Origin: Chloroflexota bacterium
GTDB taxonomy: Bacteria > Chloroflexota > Dehalococcoidia > UBA2979
Length of the DNA stretch: 64,000 bases
Assembly (NCBI GenBank): GCA_947470025.1
Contig: CANIRU010000001.1
Span: 7,331 to 71,330, forward strand
Reading direction: 5' to 3'
This document shows, piece by piece, positions 54,995 through 64,000 of the stretch (the stretch's first letter is position 1; each line of letters begins with the position of its first letter). The position numbers were made by a program, and so were the translations under genes. The notes under the pieces are model-generated. The model was not told the origin of the DNA. It saw only the letters and a list, made by a program, of their open reading frames with translations, and ran no database searches.

Positions 54995-55891
54995 CTACTT
55001 CGCGTCCACGACCTCATCGAGGAACGTGCGGATCTCGCTGATGGTGCGCTCGGGGTTGTCGTGCTGAATGCCGTGACCGACGTCCGGGATCACCGCCGAC
55101 CGCACCGCCCGCGCATGGGTGAACAGCCCGGCCGCGTCGTGGCGCTGCACCGCACGAGCCGACCCCCCGCCGCCGGCGAACAGCAGCAGCACGGGGCACT
55201 CGATCTCGGCCCAGAATCGTTCGAGCTCCTCGGCGCGGATCTCCATCGAGGTGCGCGTGTCGCCTGCCGCCCATGGATCGAACTTCCAGACGTAGCCGCC
55301 CTCGACCTCTCGCGCACCGAACCGCGCGAGGTGCTCCAGCCACTCGCGTGGCTGCTGCGGGTTCGAGCGCTGCAGGCGATCCGCCATCTCGTCGAGGTTG
55401 GGGTACACGCGCGGTGTCTGCGTCTCCAGTGCGCGGGCGTGGTCGGCCCACGTGCGCGCCCAGCGCGGCCCCATGCCGTCCGAGGCGAACTTCGGGTTCA
55501 TCGTGTGCGTGCCCTCGATCGCGATCGCCGCGGCGAACAGCTCCGGGAACATCGCCGCGGCGACGAGCGTGCTCGACGCGCCGTACGAGTGACCGACGAC
55601 GCGCGCCGGGTGCCCGGTGGTCTCGATGAGCCGCGCGATGTCGAGGGCGACGTCCGGGATGGCGTACTGGGAGCCGGGTGACCAGTCGGAGTCACCATGC
55701 CCGCGCACGTCCAGCGACAGCACGTGGTAGCCCTCGCCCAGGCCGCGCACGATCCGGTCCCACGACCGCGCGTGGTCGGAGCCGCCATGCACGAAGATCA
55801 GCGGCGGCGCGTCCTCGTTGCCCCAGTCCCAGTAGGACAGACGCAGGCGCTGCGACTCGAAGAATCGCTGCGTTGGTTCTCGGTCGACCAT
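54995..55891 (-). CDS. Alpha/beta-fold hydrolase
   Basis: LIFVHGGSDHARSWD...VRGHGDSDW...VVGHSYGAS. Confidence 0.9.
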   Translation of the reverse strand: MVDREPTQRFFESQRLRLSYWDWGNEDAPPLIFVHGGSDHARSWDRIVRGLGEGYHVLSLDVRGHGDSDWSPGSQYAIPDVALDIARLIETTGHPARVVGHSYGASSTLVAAAMFPELFAAAIAIEGTHTMNPKFASDGMGPRWARTWADHARALETQTPRVYPNLDEMADRLQRSNPQQPREWLEHLARFGAREVEGGYVWKFDPWAAGDTRTSMEIRAEELERFWAEIECPVLLLFAGGGGSARAVQRHDAAGLFTHARAVRSAVIPDVGHGIQHDNPERTISEIRTFLDEVVDAK

Positions 55892-55982
55892 GCCTGCCAC
55901 CTTCCTCTCGCGCGTCCTCGCGGATTCTAGGCACAACCTCCGCAACGTGTCGGCTGAGTGCTCCGCGTGCGACACTCCCGGC

Positions 55983-56714
55983 ATGGCGCGTCTTCCTCCC
56001 GCCGACCTCCAGCAGGCGATCCCCGCGCCTCGACGCCCGCGCGCCGCCCAGCTCGTCGAGCACCCCGATGGCGTGTGGGGGCTCCGCCGAGGTCGCCTGT
56101 TCGCGCGCCGCTCGCTCCAACGGGCCCTGTTCCTCGATCGCGACGGGGTGATCGTCGAGGAAGTTGACCACCTCCACCGCCCCGAGGACGTGCGCCTGCT
56201 CGACGGCGCTGCCGCGCTGATCCGGCGCGCGAACGAACTGCGCCTGCCGGTGATCGTGATCACCAATCAGGCCGGTGTCGGTCGCGGCATGTACGACTGG
56301 GCGGCGTTCCTCCGCGTGACGGCCGCGATCGACGAGGCACTGGCCCGCGAGGGCGCCCGCATCGACGCGATCTACGCATGCCCGTTCCACCGCGAGGGCA
56401 TTGGGCCGTACCAGCACCCGAACCACCCCGCGCGGAAGCCGAACGCCGGGATGTTCCACCGCGCCGCCGAGGAATGCCGCATCGACCTCGGCCGGTCGTG
56501 GTTCATCGGCGACCACGCGGGCGACATCCTCGCCGCGCGCGCGGGGGGGCTGCACGGCGCGATCCACCTGCTCACCGGCCATGGCGCGGACCACCGCGAG
56601 CGCGTCCTGCAGATGCCCGCCCGGGCTCTCCGCATCCTCGTCGCAAGCGACCTCGACGAGGCGTTCGGGCACATCCCTCTGCTCGCGGGGCCTGTCCCGG
56701 CGACCGGCGCATGA
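55983..56714 (+). CDS. HAD-IIIA family phosphatase (GmhB / histidinol-phosphatase-like)
   Basis: LFLDRDGVIVEE (motif I), VITNQAGVGRG (motif II), FIGDHAGDILAARAGG (motif III/IV). The start is uncertain. Confidence 0.8.
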   Translation: MARLPPADLQQAIPAPRRPRAAQLVEHPDGVWGLRRGRLFARRSLQRALFLDRDGVIVEEVDHLHRPEDVRLLDGAAALIRRANELRLPVIVITNQAGVGRGMYDWAAFLRVTAAIDEALAREGARIDAIYACPFHREGIGPYQHPNHPARKPNAGMFHRAAEECRIDLGRSWFIGDHAGDILAARAGGLHGAIHLLTGHGADHRERVLQMPARALRILVASDLDEAFGHIPLLAGPVPATGA

Positions 56715-57057
56715 GTCGGCTGCGGCCGCAGGCGGTGTACCTCGCATCGAGGCGCCTCGCGGTTGAGCACGCCGGGGCGATGTACGCGTTCCTCGCGCGC
56801 GCCTGGGCCAGCGGCGCCGGCATCGTCCTCGCGCCGTCGTCCCACTGCGATCGGTCCGTGTCCGCATCGGGGACGCGCTCCGCTGGGCGAACTTCCGCAC
56901 CAGCCCTGGCATCGACGCACAAACAGCCGCGGATCTCGCCCGCCGCTACGACGAGGACATGGACCTGGATGAACTGGGACGCCTGACCGGCCTCGATCTG
57001 TCGTCATGGCGGCAGCAGTGGGACGAGTGGCTGGGAGCCGGTTCGCCTCGTTCGTGA
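56711..57057 (+). pseudogene. Small hypothetical gene apparently split by a frameshift
   Basis: An ATG overlapping the HAD stop (ATGA) opens MSRLRPQAVYLASRRLAVEHAGAMYAFLARAWASGAGIVLAPSSHCDRSV... A protein-like tail ...IGDALRWANFRTSPGIDAQTAADLARRYDEDMDLDELGRLTGLDLSSWRQQWDEWLGAGSPRS* is in the +1 frame with no start codon of its own. Confidence 0.3.
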
Positions 57058-57142
57058 CGCCTCGCGAATCCGATCCGAGCCCGATCGCGGCATCCACCAC
57101 CGGGCTCGCCCGTGATTCGCAGATGGAGCGTCAGCGCAGCGG

Positions 57143-58171
57143 CTACGACTGGACGCGGAACCGGGGAATTACCTGCTCGCCGAACAGGCGCACTGAATTG
57201 AGCACGCGATCGGTGGGCATGCCGCCGGTGTTCATCCAGCAGAGGGTGTTCGTCACGCCGCTCGCCTCGTGCCAGTCCCGCAGACTGGCAGCGACGGTCT
57301 CCGGGCTGCCGAAGTAGCACGCGCCGTGCTCTTGCCACCACTCGAGCGGTGGGGTGTTGTTCGGGCCGTCGAACATGCGACGGTTCGCGAGCAGGTTGAA
57401 GTACCAGATGAACGGCGGGCCGGCCTCGGCGACCGCGGTCGCATCGTCGTCGGCGACGTAGATGTGTTTCACGACCCAGGACTGCGCGAGCGCGTCCTCG
57501 ACCGCCTCGGCGCTGTGGCCTGCGGCGAGGCCCGCGGCGCGGAACGTGTCCCATTTCTTACGGATGTTCGCCGGGCTGCCCGAGGACGACAGCATCCGCA
57601 CGAGATTGGCGCCGGCCCACTCGACGGTGCTCTCGCTGCCCGCGGCGATGTAGAGCGGCGGGTGCGGGCGCTGGATCACCTTCGGCACGGCCTGTACCTG
57701 CGGGATCGTGTAGTACTCGCCGTCGTAGGAGAAGGACTCCTGGGTCCACGCCTGCTTGATGATCGCGAGTGCCTCGTCGAAGCGTCCGCGGTTCTCCGTG
57801 ACCGAGAGGCCGTACGACGCGTACTCGTCCGCGCTGTATCCACGTCCGATGCCGTAGTCCAGCCGTCCGCTGGAGAGCACGTCAATCATCGCGAAGTCGT
57901 TGGCGAGACGGAGCGGGTGGTGCAGCGGAAGCACGCTGACTGCGGTGCCGATGCGGATCCTCGAGGTGCGCGCGGCGATCGCCGCGGCCATCACCTGGGG
58001 CGACGCGATCAGTCCGTAGCGTGATCCGCTGTGCTCCGCCAACCAGACGGAGTCGAAGCCTGACGCCTCTGCCGCGACGTTGATCTCGAGCTCGCCCTGC
58101 ACGAGTGCCACCTCGTTCTGCACGTCGGGCACCGAGAGCAGGGAGAAGACACCAAATTGCGCCACGGCCAC
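57143..58171 (-). CDS. LLM-class flavin-dependent oxidoreductase (luciferase-like monooxygenase)
   Basis: ...FDSVWLAEHSGSRYG... Confidence 0.9.
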   Translation of the reverse strand: MAVAQFGVFSLLSVPDVQNEVALVQGELEINVAAEASGFDSVWLAEHSGSRYGLIASPQVMAAAIAARTSRIRIGTAVSVLPLHHPLRLANDFAMIDVLSSGRLDYGIGRGYSADEYASYGLSVTENRGRFDEALAIIKQAWTQESFSYDGEYYTIPQVQAVPKVIQRPHPPLYIAAGSESTVEWAGANLVRMLSSSGSPANIRKKWDTFRAAGLAAGHSAEAVEDALAQSWVVKHIYVADDDATAVAEAGPPFIWYFNLLANRRMFDGPNNTPPLEWWQEHGACYFGSPETVAASLRDWHEASGVTNTLCWMNTGGMPTDRVLNSVRLFGEQVIPRFRVQS

Positions 58172-58345
58172 ACCTCCGGACTCGCTCTCTGAGCGCGCAC
58201 CCTATCGGGATGCACGCAGGCGGGGAATCAATGTCTTGATTCGCGGTGCCTGAGCGCCCCGAGGTGCTCGGATGCATTCCTCGTCGGGGGACGCGCGGAT
58301 ACACTCCGCGGAGAACAGAGCCAGTGAGGTACGTGGGGGCCAACG

Positions 58346-59392
58346 ATGAAGATGGGCATTCAGGTCATGCAGGTGCGCGATGAGCGCGCGATCGAGCTGG
58401 CGCAGGCCGCCGACGCCGCCGGGTTCGACGCACTGTGGCTCGCAGGCGGCGGCGACAACTACATCAAGGCCGCGCTGATGCTGCACGGGACCAAGAACAT
58501 CACGGTCGGCACCTCGATCATCGGCGCGCTGCTCATGTCGCCGGTGGCGCACGCGAACATGGCGAACTACCTCCAGCTGATCTCGGGCAACCGCTTCATC
58601 CTCGGCTTCGGGTCGCAGACGAAGGGGCAGTTGCGGCTCGACCTCGGGCGCGACGTCGACAAGATCGCCAAGCGCGCGAAAGAGATCATCGAAGTCACGC
58701 GCGGCATCCTCGCTGGGCGGCCGTTCGAGTATCAGGGCGAGTTCGAGAGCTTCACCGGCGGCGCGCGGCGCATCCGGGGCGGCACCATGCCGCCGGCGAT
58801 CTACCACTCGGGGGTCGGACCGATCAACCTGCTGTACGCCGGCATGGTGACGGACGGCTTCCTCGCGCACCCCATCTTCACGCGCAAGTACTACCAGGAC
58901 GTGGTGTGGCCCCGGATCGACGAGGGCCTGCGCCGCGCCGGGAAGACGCGCGCGGACTTCGAGATGGTCGCGATGCCGATGACGCTGATCGCGGAGGACG
59001 AGAGCGAGCTGCCGGAGCTCGTGAGCGCCGCGAAGCGGAATATCGCCTTCTACTTCACGACACGCGCGTACGGCGACTTCCAGGACTTCAACGGCTGGTC
59101 GAAGCAGCGCGAGGCGATCTGGGAGGTCGCAGCACGCGTGGGCCGCGACGCGCGCCGCTTCGACTACGACGCGCTCGAGGCATGCGTGACGGACGACATG
59201 GTCGACGAGCTATGCCTCGTCGGTACGGCGGAGCAGGTGCGCACGAAGGCGATGGCCCGCTTCGGCGATATCGCAGACCAGATCGACTTCTACCCCATGC
59301 ACGACGGCTCGCAGCCCGCCGACCAGGCCCAGGCGCACGAGTTCATGCATTCGATGCGGTTCATCAAGGCGCTGAAGGGCTTCAACAAGTAG
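58346..59392 (+). CDS. LLM-class (probably F420-dependent) oxidoreductase
   Basis: MKMGIQVMQVRD...AGFDALWLAGGGDNY... Confidence 0.85.
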   Translation: MKMGIQVMQVRDERAIELAQAADAAGFDALWLAGGGDNYIKAALMLHGTKNITVGTSIIGALLMSPVAHANMANYLQLISGNRFILGFGSQTKGQLRLDLGRDVDKIAKRAKEIIEVTRGILAGRPFEYQGEFESFTGGARRIRGGTMPPAIYHSGVGPINLLYAGMVTDGFLAHPIFTRKYYQDVVWPRIDEGLRRAGKTRADFEMVAMPMTLIAEDESELPELVSAAKRNIAFYFTTRAYGDFQDFNGWSKQREAIWEVAARVGRDARRFDYDALEACVTDDMVDELCLVGTAEQVRTKAMARFGDIADQIDFYPMHDGSQPADQAQAHEFMHSMRFIKALKGFNK

Positions 59393-59459
59393 CCCCTGCG
59401 GGCGCGGCTCAGGCATTGTCGAGGCGGCACGGGCCGCCTCGATTGCTATGCGGAGACGA

Positions 59460-60449
59460 CTAGGCGGGGCGGATGATGCCGCGGAAGCCAATGTGTGACA
59501 TGCCGCTGTCCACCATCTGCGCCTGGCGTGCGGCGGGGCGGTAGCGCCAACAGTAGTTCGGGGCGCACAGGTGCGACCCGCCCTTGATTACCTTGCGCGG
59601 GATGTGCGCCGCGCCGGGGTCGTGCTCGTCGAAGCTCTGCTCGACCGACATGACGCGAGGATTCGCCGGCGTGCAACAGCTGCACATCTCCTCGACGCCG
59701 TGTTGCGGCGTGTAGAAGTCGCTGGTCCACTCCCAGACGTTGCCGGCCATGTCACGCAGGCCGTAGCCGTTCGGCGGAAATGAGCCGACGGGGGCGGTGC
59801 GCGCGTAGCCGTCCGACTTGAAGTTCTGCCACGGGAACTCGCCCTGCCACGTGTTCGCCATCATCTTGCCGCCGGGCGCGAACTCCTCGCCCCAGGTGTA
59901 CGTGGCGCCCTCGAGGCCGCCGCGCGCGGCGAACTCCCACTCGGCCTCCGTCGCGATCTCCTTGCCGCCCCACGTGGCGTACGCCTCGACGTCCTCCCAT
60001 GCGAGGTGGACGACGGGGTGCTTGCGGCGCTTCGAGACATCGCTGCCGGGGCCCTCGGGGCGTCGCCAGGACGCGCCGGGGATGAACTTCCACCAGTTGC
60101 TCAGGTTGGTGATGTCGACCCGGCCGGGCGGCTGCTTGAAGACGAGCGAGCCGGGGAGGAGCTGCTCCGGCTTGAGATCGGGGAAGACCGCCGGGTCGAT
60201 CGGGCGCTCTGCCACCGTGACGTAGCCGGTCGCGCGCACGAAGCGCGTGTAGTCCTCGTTCGTCACGGTGTGGACGTCCATCCAGAAGCCGTCGACGGTG
60301 ACCGGGTGCGGCGGGTGCTCCTCCGGGAAGTGCTCGAAGCTGGAACCCATGGTGAACGTGCCGCCGGGGATCCAGACCATGCCCGGTGCGGGCGCCTCAC
60401 CCGGCGCCTCAGTGGGCCGGGGGCGCGGGGTGCTCACGTCGGAGGCCAT
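59460..60449 (-). CDS. Formylglycine-generating enzyme (FGE/SUMF1) family protein
   Basis: MVWIPGGTFTMGS...RDMAGNVWEWTSDFY... with the start at 60449. The upstream part of listed ORF 59460..61622 is a read-through across pstS in another frame. Confidence 0.85.
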   Translation of the reverse strand: MASDVSTPRPRPTEAPGEAPAPGMVWIPGGTFTMGSSFEHFPEEHPPHPVTVDGFWMDVHTVTNEDYTRFVRATGYVTVAERPIDPAVFPDLKPEQLLPGSLVFKQPPGRVDITNLSNWWKFIPGASWRRPEGPGSDVSKRRKHPVVHLAWEDVEAYATWGGKEIATEAEWEFAARGGLEGATYTWGEEFAPGGKMMANTWQGEFPWQNFKSDGYARTAPVGSFPPNGYGLRDMAGNVWEWTSDFYTPQHGVEEMCSCCTPANPRVMSVEQSFDEHDPGAAHIPRKVIKGGSHLCAPNYCWRYRPAARQAQMVDSGMSHIGFRGIIRPA

Positions 60450-60529
60450 CGCCAGCAGTTCGTCCACGAACGTCCTCGTTTCGTCGGTGCGATGCTCCCA
60501 CACCGCACCGACGGCGACCAGATCGGAAT

Positions 60530-61642
60530 CTACGCCCCGGGGAGGATTGCCTTCCCCTCGCAGGTGAGGGTGCGGAGCGTCTTCTCGACGGGTTCGAGGG
60601 CCTTCGCCGGCAGCGGGGCGTAGTTCAGGTCGGTCGCCGTCTTGGCGGCCGACGGGTCGTGGAATGCCCACCACAGCATGTTGACCAGCGGCTTGCCCTT
60701 CGCGCAGGAGGCCGCGTCCTTGCGGACGAGGATGTAGGTGAACGAGGCGATCGGGTAGGACGTGTCGCCCCCCGCGTTGACGATCGAGACGCGGTAGTCC
60801 GCCGGCAGCGTGACGCCCGCGGCCGCCGCGGACGTCGAGGCGATCGTCGCGCCGACAAACTTGCCGGCCTTGTTCTTCAGCTCGGCCTGCGGCAGCTTGT
60901 TGGCGATCGCGTAGTTCAGCTCGACGTAGCCGATCGAGTTGACGGTCTGCTTCACGCCATTGGTCACGCCCGCGTTGCCGGAGCCACCCTGGCCGACGGG
61001 CCACTTCACCGCCTTCTGCACACCGATCGAGGACTTCCATTCGGGCGACACCGTCGACAGGTAGTCCGTGAAGACCCCGGTGGTGCCGGAGGAGTCGGAG
61101 CGGCTGACCACCGCGAGGTCGGTCGAAGGCAGCTTCACGCCCGGGTTCAGCGCCGTGATCGCGGCGTCGTTCCACTTCGTGATCTTGCCGAGCCAGATCT
61201 TCGCGATCGTGTCGCCGTCGAGCTTCAACGGTGCGGTCACGCCGTCGAGGTTGTAGGTGATCACCACCGACCCGAGGGCCATCGGCAGGTGCTGCACGTC
61301 GGACGCCTTGGCGACCTCGGCGTCGGTCATCGCGAGGTCCGTGGCGCCGAAGTCCACGGTCTTCTCGGTGAACTGCTGGATGCCGCCGCCGGAGCCGACC
61401 GCCTGGTAGTTGGTCTTCACGCCCGGGGCGATCTTCGAGTAGTCCTGGAACCACGCCTGATAGAGCGGCGCGGGGAACGTCGCGCCGGCCCCGGTGAGGT
61501 CGGCCTTGTCGTCCTTGCCGATCGCCGCTGTCCCGGCGGTCGCGCCGCCGCCGTTGCCGCCGCTGCAGGCCGCCGCGAGGGTGGCGCCGGTCGCTACGAG
61601 CATGAGGAGCGCGGCGCGCCACGCGAACGGTCGAATCATCAT
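60530..61642 (-). CDS. pstS: Phosphate ABC transporter substrate-binding lipoprotein PstS
   Basis: Lipobox LAAACSGG, and GAGATFPAPLYQAWFQDY, SGGGIQQF. Confidence 0.9.
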   Translation of the reverse strand: MMIRPFAWRAALLMLVATGATLAAACSGGNGGGATAGTAAIGKDDKADLTGAGATFPAPLYQAWFQDYSKIAPGVKTNYQAVGSGGGIQQFTEKTVDFGATDLAMTDAEVAKASDVQHLPMALGSVVITYNLDGVTAPLKLDGDTIAKIWLGKITKWNDAAITALNPGVKLPSTDLAVVSRSDSSGTTGVFTDYLSTVSPEWKSSIGVQKAVKWPVGQGGSGNAGVTNGVKQTVNSIGYVELNYAIANKLPQAELKNKAGKFVGATIASTSAAAAGVTLPADYRVSIVNAGGDTSYPIASFTYILVRKDAASCAKGKPLVNMLWWAFHDPSAAKTATDLNYAPLPAKALEPVEKTLRTLTCEGKAILPGA

Positions 61643-61692
61643 GGATATCCTTCGGATCGATGTCTTCTTGGCTTCATCGTCGCAAACATTGG

Positions 61693-61710
61693 TTTAACGT
61701 GCCGTTAAGG
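61693..61710. promoter_or_regulatory. Candidate PHO-box-like direct repeat (7-4-7, 11-bp periodicity) in the pstS-ppk divergent intergenic region
   Basis: TTTAACG-tgcc-GTTAAGG, with a third half-site CTTAACA at 61779..61785. Confidence 0.35.
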
Positions 61711-61806
61711 TAAGCCGCGATGATGGCGATGGTTCTGCGATGCCCCACACTCGCGCCGGATCGTTGGCTTGTCGGTGTCTTAACAATTCGTCGGTAGGGT
61801 GGAGCC

Positions 61807-63960
61807 GTGATCGAGGACAATCCCCCCGCCGCTCCGCTCGACCTCACCGCCGAGGTGCCGAGCGTCGACGACCTGTGGGCGCTCCCCCTGGCGGAGGATG
61901 CGGCTGAGCTCTACGCGAACCGGGAGTTGTCCTGGCTCGACTTCAACGACCGCGTGCTGGACGAGGCAGATGACCCGCGCAACCCGCTCCTGGAGCGTGT
62001 GCGGTTCCTCGCCATCACTTCCTCCAACCTGGACGAGTTCTACGCGAAGCGGATCGCCTGGCTGAAGCAGGCCATGCGCACCTCCCCGAACCGCCGCACC
62101 GTGGACGGCATGACGCTCGCCGAGCAGCATGACGCGCTGTTGCGCCGATGTGCCGACACACGCCGCGGCATCGAGCGTCGCTGGCGCGAGGTCCTGGCTC
62201 CCGCGCTGGCGGAGCAGGGCATTCTCGTCGTGGCGCATCACTCGCTCGGCGCGGCGGAGCGGCTGCGGCTCGAGCACTACTTCATGACCGCGGTGTACCC
62301 GGTGCTGACGCCGCTGGTCGTCGACCCGAGCCATCCGTTCCCGTTCATCTCTGCGAGCAGTGTCTCGCTGGCGCTGCGCATCCGCGATCCGCGCACTGGC
62401 CAGGAGCGGTTCGGGCGCGTCAAGGTGCCACAGAACCGCCCCCGCTTCGTCGAGGTGGCGAACCAGCGCTTCGTGATGCTCGAGGATCTGATCGCGGCAC
62501 ATTTGCACGTGCTGTTTCCCGGCGTCGAGATCGTGGAGCACAGCATGTTGCGCGTGCTGCGCAGCATCGAGATCGAGACCGCGAGCGGCGAGGCCGCCGA
62601 GGATTTGCTCGACCTGGTCGAGCGCGAGGTGCGCCGCCGCCGGCTCGCGGAGGCAGTGTGCCTCGAAGTCACCGGGCCGCAAACCGCAGACCGCGAGGAG
62701 CTGATGCTCGAGGAGCTGAACCTCGACCCGGACGACATCGTGGTGTGCGAGGGGCCGCTCGGGCTCGCGGACCTGCACCAGATCGCGAACCTCGCTATCC
62801 CCGCGCTGTCTTTCCCGGCGATCTCGGCGCCTGCCGTGCCGCCCGCGTTCGCCAACATCACGGACCGCGCCGCCTTCTTCAGCGCGCTCCACGGCGAAGA
62901 CATCCTGGTCCACCACCCGTACGAGTCGTTCGATGCCTCGGTGGTGCGCTTCTTCCAGGAGGCGGCGCGCGATCCCGCGGTGCTCGCCATCAAGCACACC
63001 ACCTACCGCACGTCCCCCGATTCGCCGATCCTGCGCGCGCTGATAGAGGCCTCGACGCGCGGCAAGCAGGTCGCGGTCCTCGTCGAGCTGATGGCGCGGA
63101 TGGACGAGGAGAACAACATCGACTGGGCGCGCCGTCTTGAGGAGGCGGGCATCCACGTCGCGTACGGCGACCCCGGCCGCAAGATCCACAGCAAGATATC
63201 GCTCGTCGTCCGCGAGGAGCCGGCCGGCGTGATGCTCTACGGGCACATCGGCACCGGGAACTACAACTCGCGCACGGCGCGCGTGTACACCGACCTGGGG
63301 CTGATCACCGCCGACCCCGAGATCTGCGGCGACCTGCTGCGCGTCTTCAACTACCTCACCGGCTTCTCGAACGGCCTCGACGCGACGGAGCTCCTCGTCG
63401 CGCCGGAGAGCCTGCGTTCGGGGCTCGAGGCGCGCCTCCACCGCGAGATCGAGCACGCCCGTGCAGGGCGCCCGGCGCATGTCATCTTCAAGATGAACGC
63501 CCTCGAGGACAGCGAGTTCACGCGGCTGCTCTACATCGCCGGGCGGGCGGGTGTCCGCGTCGATCTCATCATCCGCGGCATCAGCCGGCTCAGGCCGGCC
63601 GTGCCCGGGTTGAGCGACAATATCCGGGTGATCAGCGTGATCGGGCGGTTCCTCGAACACTCCCGCGTGTATTACTTCGCGAACGACGGGGAGCCCGAGT
63701 ACTTCATCGGCAGCGCCGACCTGATGAAGCGCAACCTGGACGAGCGGATCGAGGTGCTCACGCCCGTCCGTCAGCCCGCGCCCCAGGCCCGCCTCGATGC
63801 CTTGCTGCGGATGCTCCTCGCCGAGCGGCGGCAGGCGTGGGAGTTGCACGACCGTTCGTGGTCCCGCTTGTCCACCACCGCCGAGCCCGGCATCCACGAA
63901 CGGCTCATGGCCGTCGGCAGCGGGAGCGATGCACCTCCGTCACTCGATCGCGTGCCGTAG
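61807..63960 (+). CDS. ppk: Polyphosphate kinase 1
   Basis: NRELSWLDFNDRVLDEA...RFLAITSSNLDEFY... plus PLD-like HKD motifs. 717 aa. Confidence 0.95.
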   Translation: MIEDNPPAAPLDLTAEVPSVDDLWALPLAEDAAELYANRELSWLDFNDRVLDEADDPRNPLLERVRFLAITSSNLDEFYAKRIAWLKQAMRTSPNRRTVDGMTLAEQHDALLRRCADTRRGIERRWREVLAPALAEQGILVVAHHSLGAAERLRLEHYFMTAVYPVLTPLVVDPSHPFPFISASSVSLALRIRDPRTGQERFGRVKVPQNRPRFVEVANQRFVMLEDLIAAHLHVLFPGVEIVEHSMLRVLRSIEIETASGEAAEDLLDLVEREVRRRRLAEAVCLEVTGPQTADREELMLEELNLDPDDIVVCEGPLGLADLHQIANLAIPALSFPAISAPAVPPAFANITDRAAFFSALHGEDILVHHPYESFDASVVRFFQEAARDPAVLAIKHTTYRTSPDSPILRALIEASTRGKQVAVLVELMARMDEENNIDWARRLEEAGIHVAYGDPGRKIHSKISLVVREEPAGVMLYGHIGTGNYNSRTARVYTDLGLITADPEICGDLLRVFNYLTGFSNGLDATELLVAPESLRSGLEARLHREIEHARAGRPAHVIFKMNALEDSEFTRLLYIAGRAGVRVDLIIRGISRLRPAVPGLSDNIRVISVIGRFLEHSRVYYFANDGEPEYFIGSADLMKRNLDERIEVLTPVRQPAPQARLDALLRMLLAERRQAWELHDRSWSRLSTTAEPGIHERLMAVGSGSDAPPSLDRVP

Positions 63961-64000
63961 GCCATGATCCCGACGCGCGGTAGGCTGTGCACCGAGGTCG

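Noticed and set aside
55692-56912. 406-aa minus ORF
   Set aside because: Antisense to the alpha/beta hydrolase and HAD phosphatase genes.
59460-61622. 720-aa minus ORF as one gene
   Set aside because: FGE homology begins at the ATG at 60449. The upstream portion is an alternative frame across pstS.
61780-63897. 705-aa minus ORF
   Set aside because: Antisense to ppk1, which has unmistakable PPK motifs.
1-64000. CRISPR arrays, tRNA/rRNA genes, integrases or transposases
   Set aside because: No regularly spaced direct repeats, no tRNA-like TΨC-arm signatures in the intergenic regions inspected, and no recombinase-like ORFs. The MITE-like elements have no cognate transposase in this window.

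Overview
This is a very GC-rich stretch of chromosome (roughly 70% GC by eye, with strong GC3 bias). It comes from a monoderm high-GC bacterium, either an actinobacterium or a Chloroflexi/Thermomicrobia-like organism. The lineage clues are deazaflavin (F420)-type enzymes (Ddn-like nitroreductase, LLM oxidoreductases), a SigK/RskA-like ECF pair, an FHA-RodA-PBP2 module and a SipW/TasA locus.

Most of the window is ordinary housekeeping and accessory metabolism. It includes acyl-CoA dehydrogenase, OYE, CoA-transferase III, PrpD, CitE, SDR, AKR, two LLMs, FGE, PstS/PPK1, an RND pump, an ABC-2 exporter with TetR, and an Rrf2-controlled NitT/TauT sulfonate-type ABC importer. Dense envelope biology is also present: two polysaccharide deacetylases, an Amidase_3, an M23 peptidase, a class A PBP, and a 1363-aa LysM/Ig-repeat surface protein.

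No rRNA, tRNA, CRISPR, integrase or transposase was found.

The unusual content is:
1. A previously unannotated family of about 240-bp MITE-like elements bounded by roughly 40-nt hairpin-containing terminal inverted repeats: two full copies and one partial copy, all in the same orientation.
2. A morphogenesis/signalling cluster in which FHA and a natural RodA(SEDS)-PBP2 fusion lie divergent from a pseudokinase-TM-RodZ-C-domain fusion that is ATGA-coupled to a C-lobe-less non-RD Ser/Thr kinase.
3. A SipW-TasA-like secretion locus whose SipW carries a roughly 400-aa cytoplasmic Pro/Ala-rich plus coiled-coil extension.
4. An uncharacterised domain of about 80 aa shared by the giant LysM protein and the M23 peptidase.
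5. Several lesions: an in-frame TAG inside the amidase gene, a junction between a truncated class A PBP and an orphan histidine-kinase HATPase tail, and a frameshifted small ORF.

One caveat on the ORF track: it omits ORFs that run off the window edge. Hand translation recovers a large Walker-A (GKT) LuxR/LAL-type regulator at 1..1297 on the minus strand. Many long listed ORFs are GC-rich antisense artefacts and were rejected.
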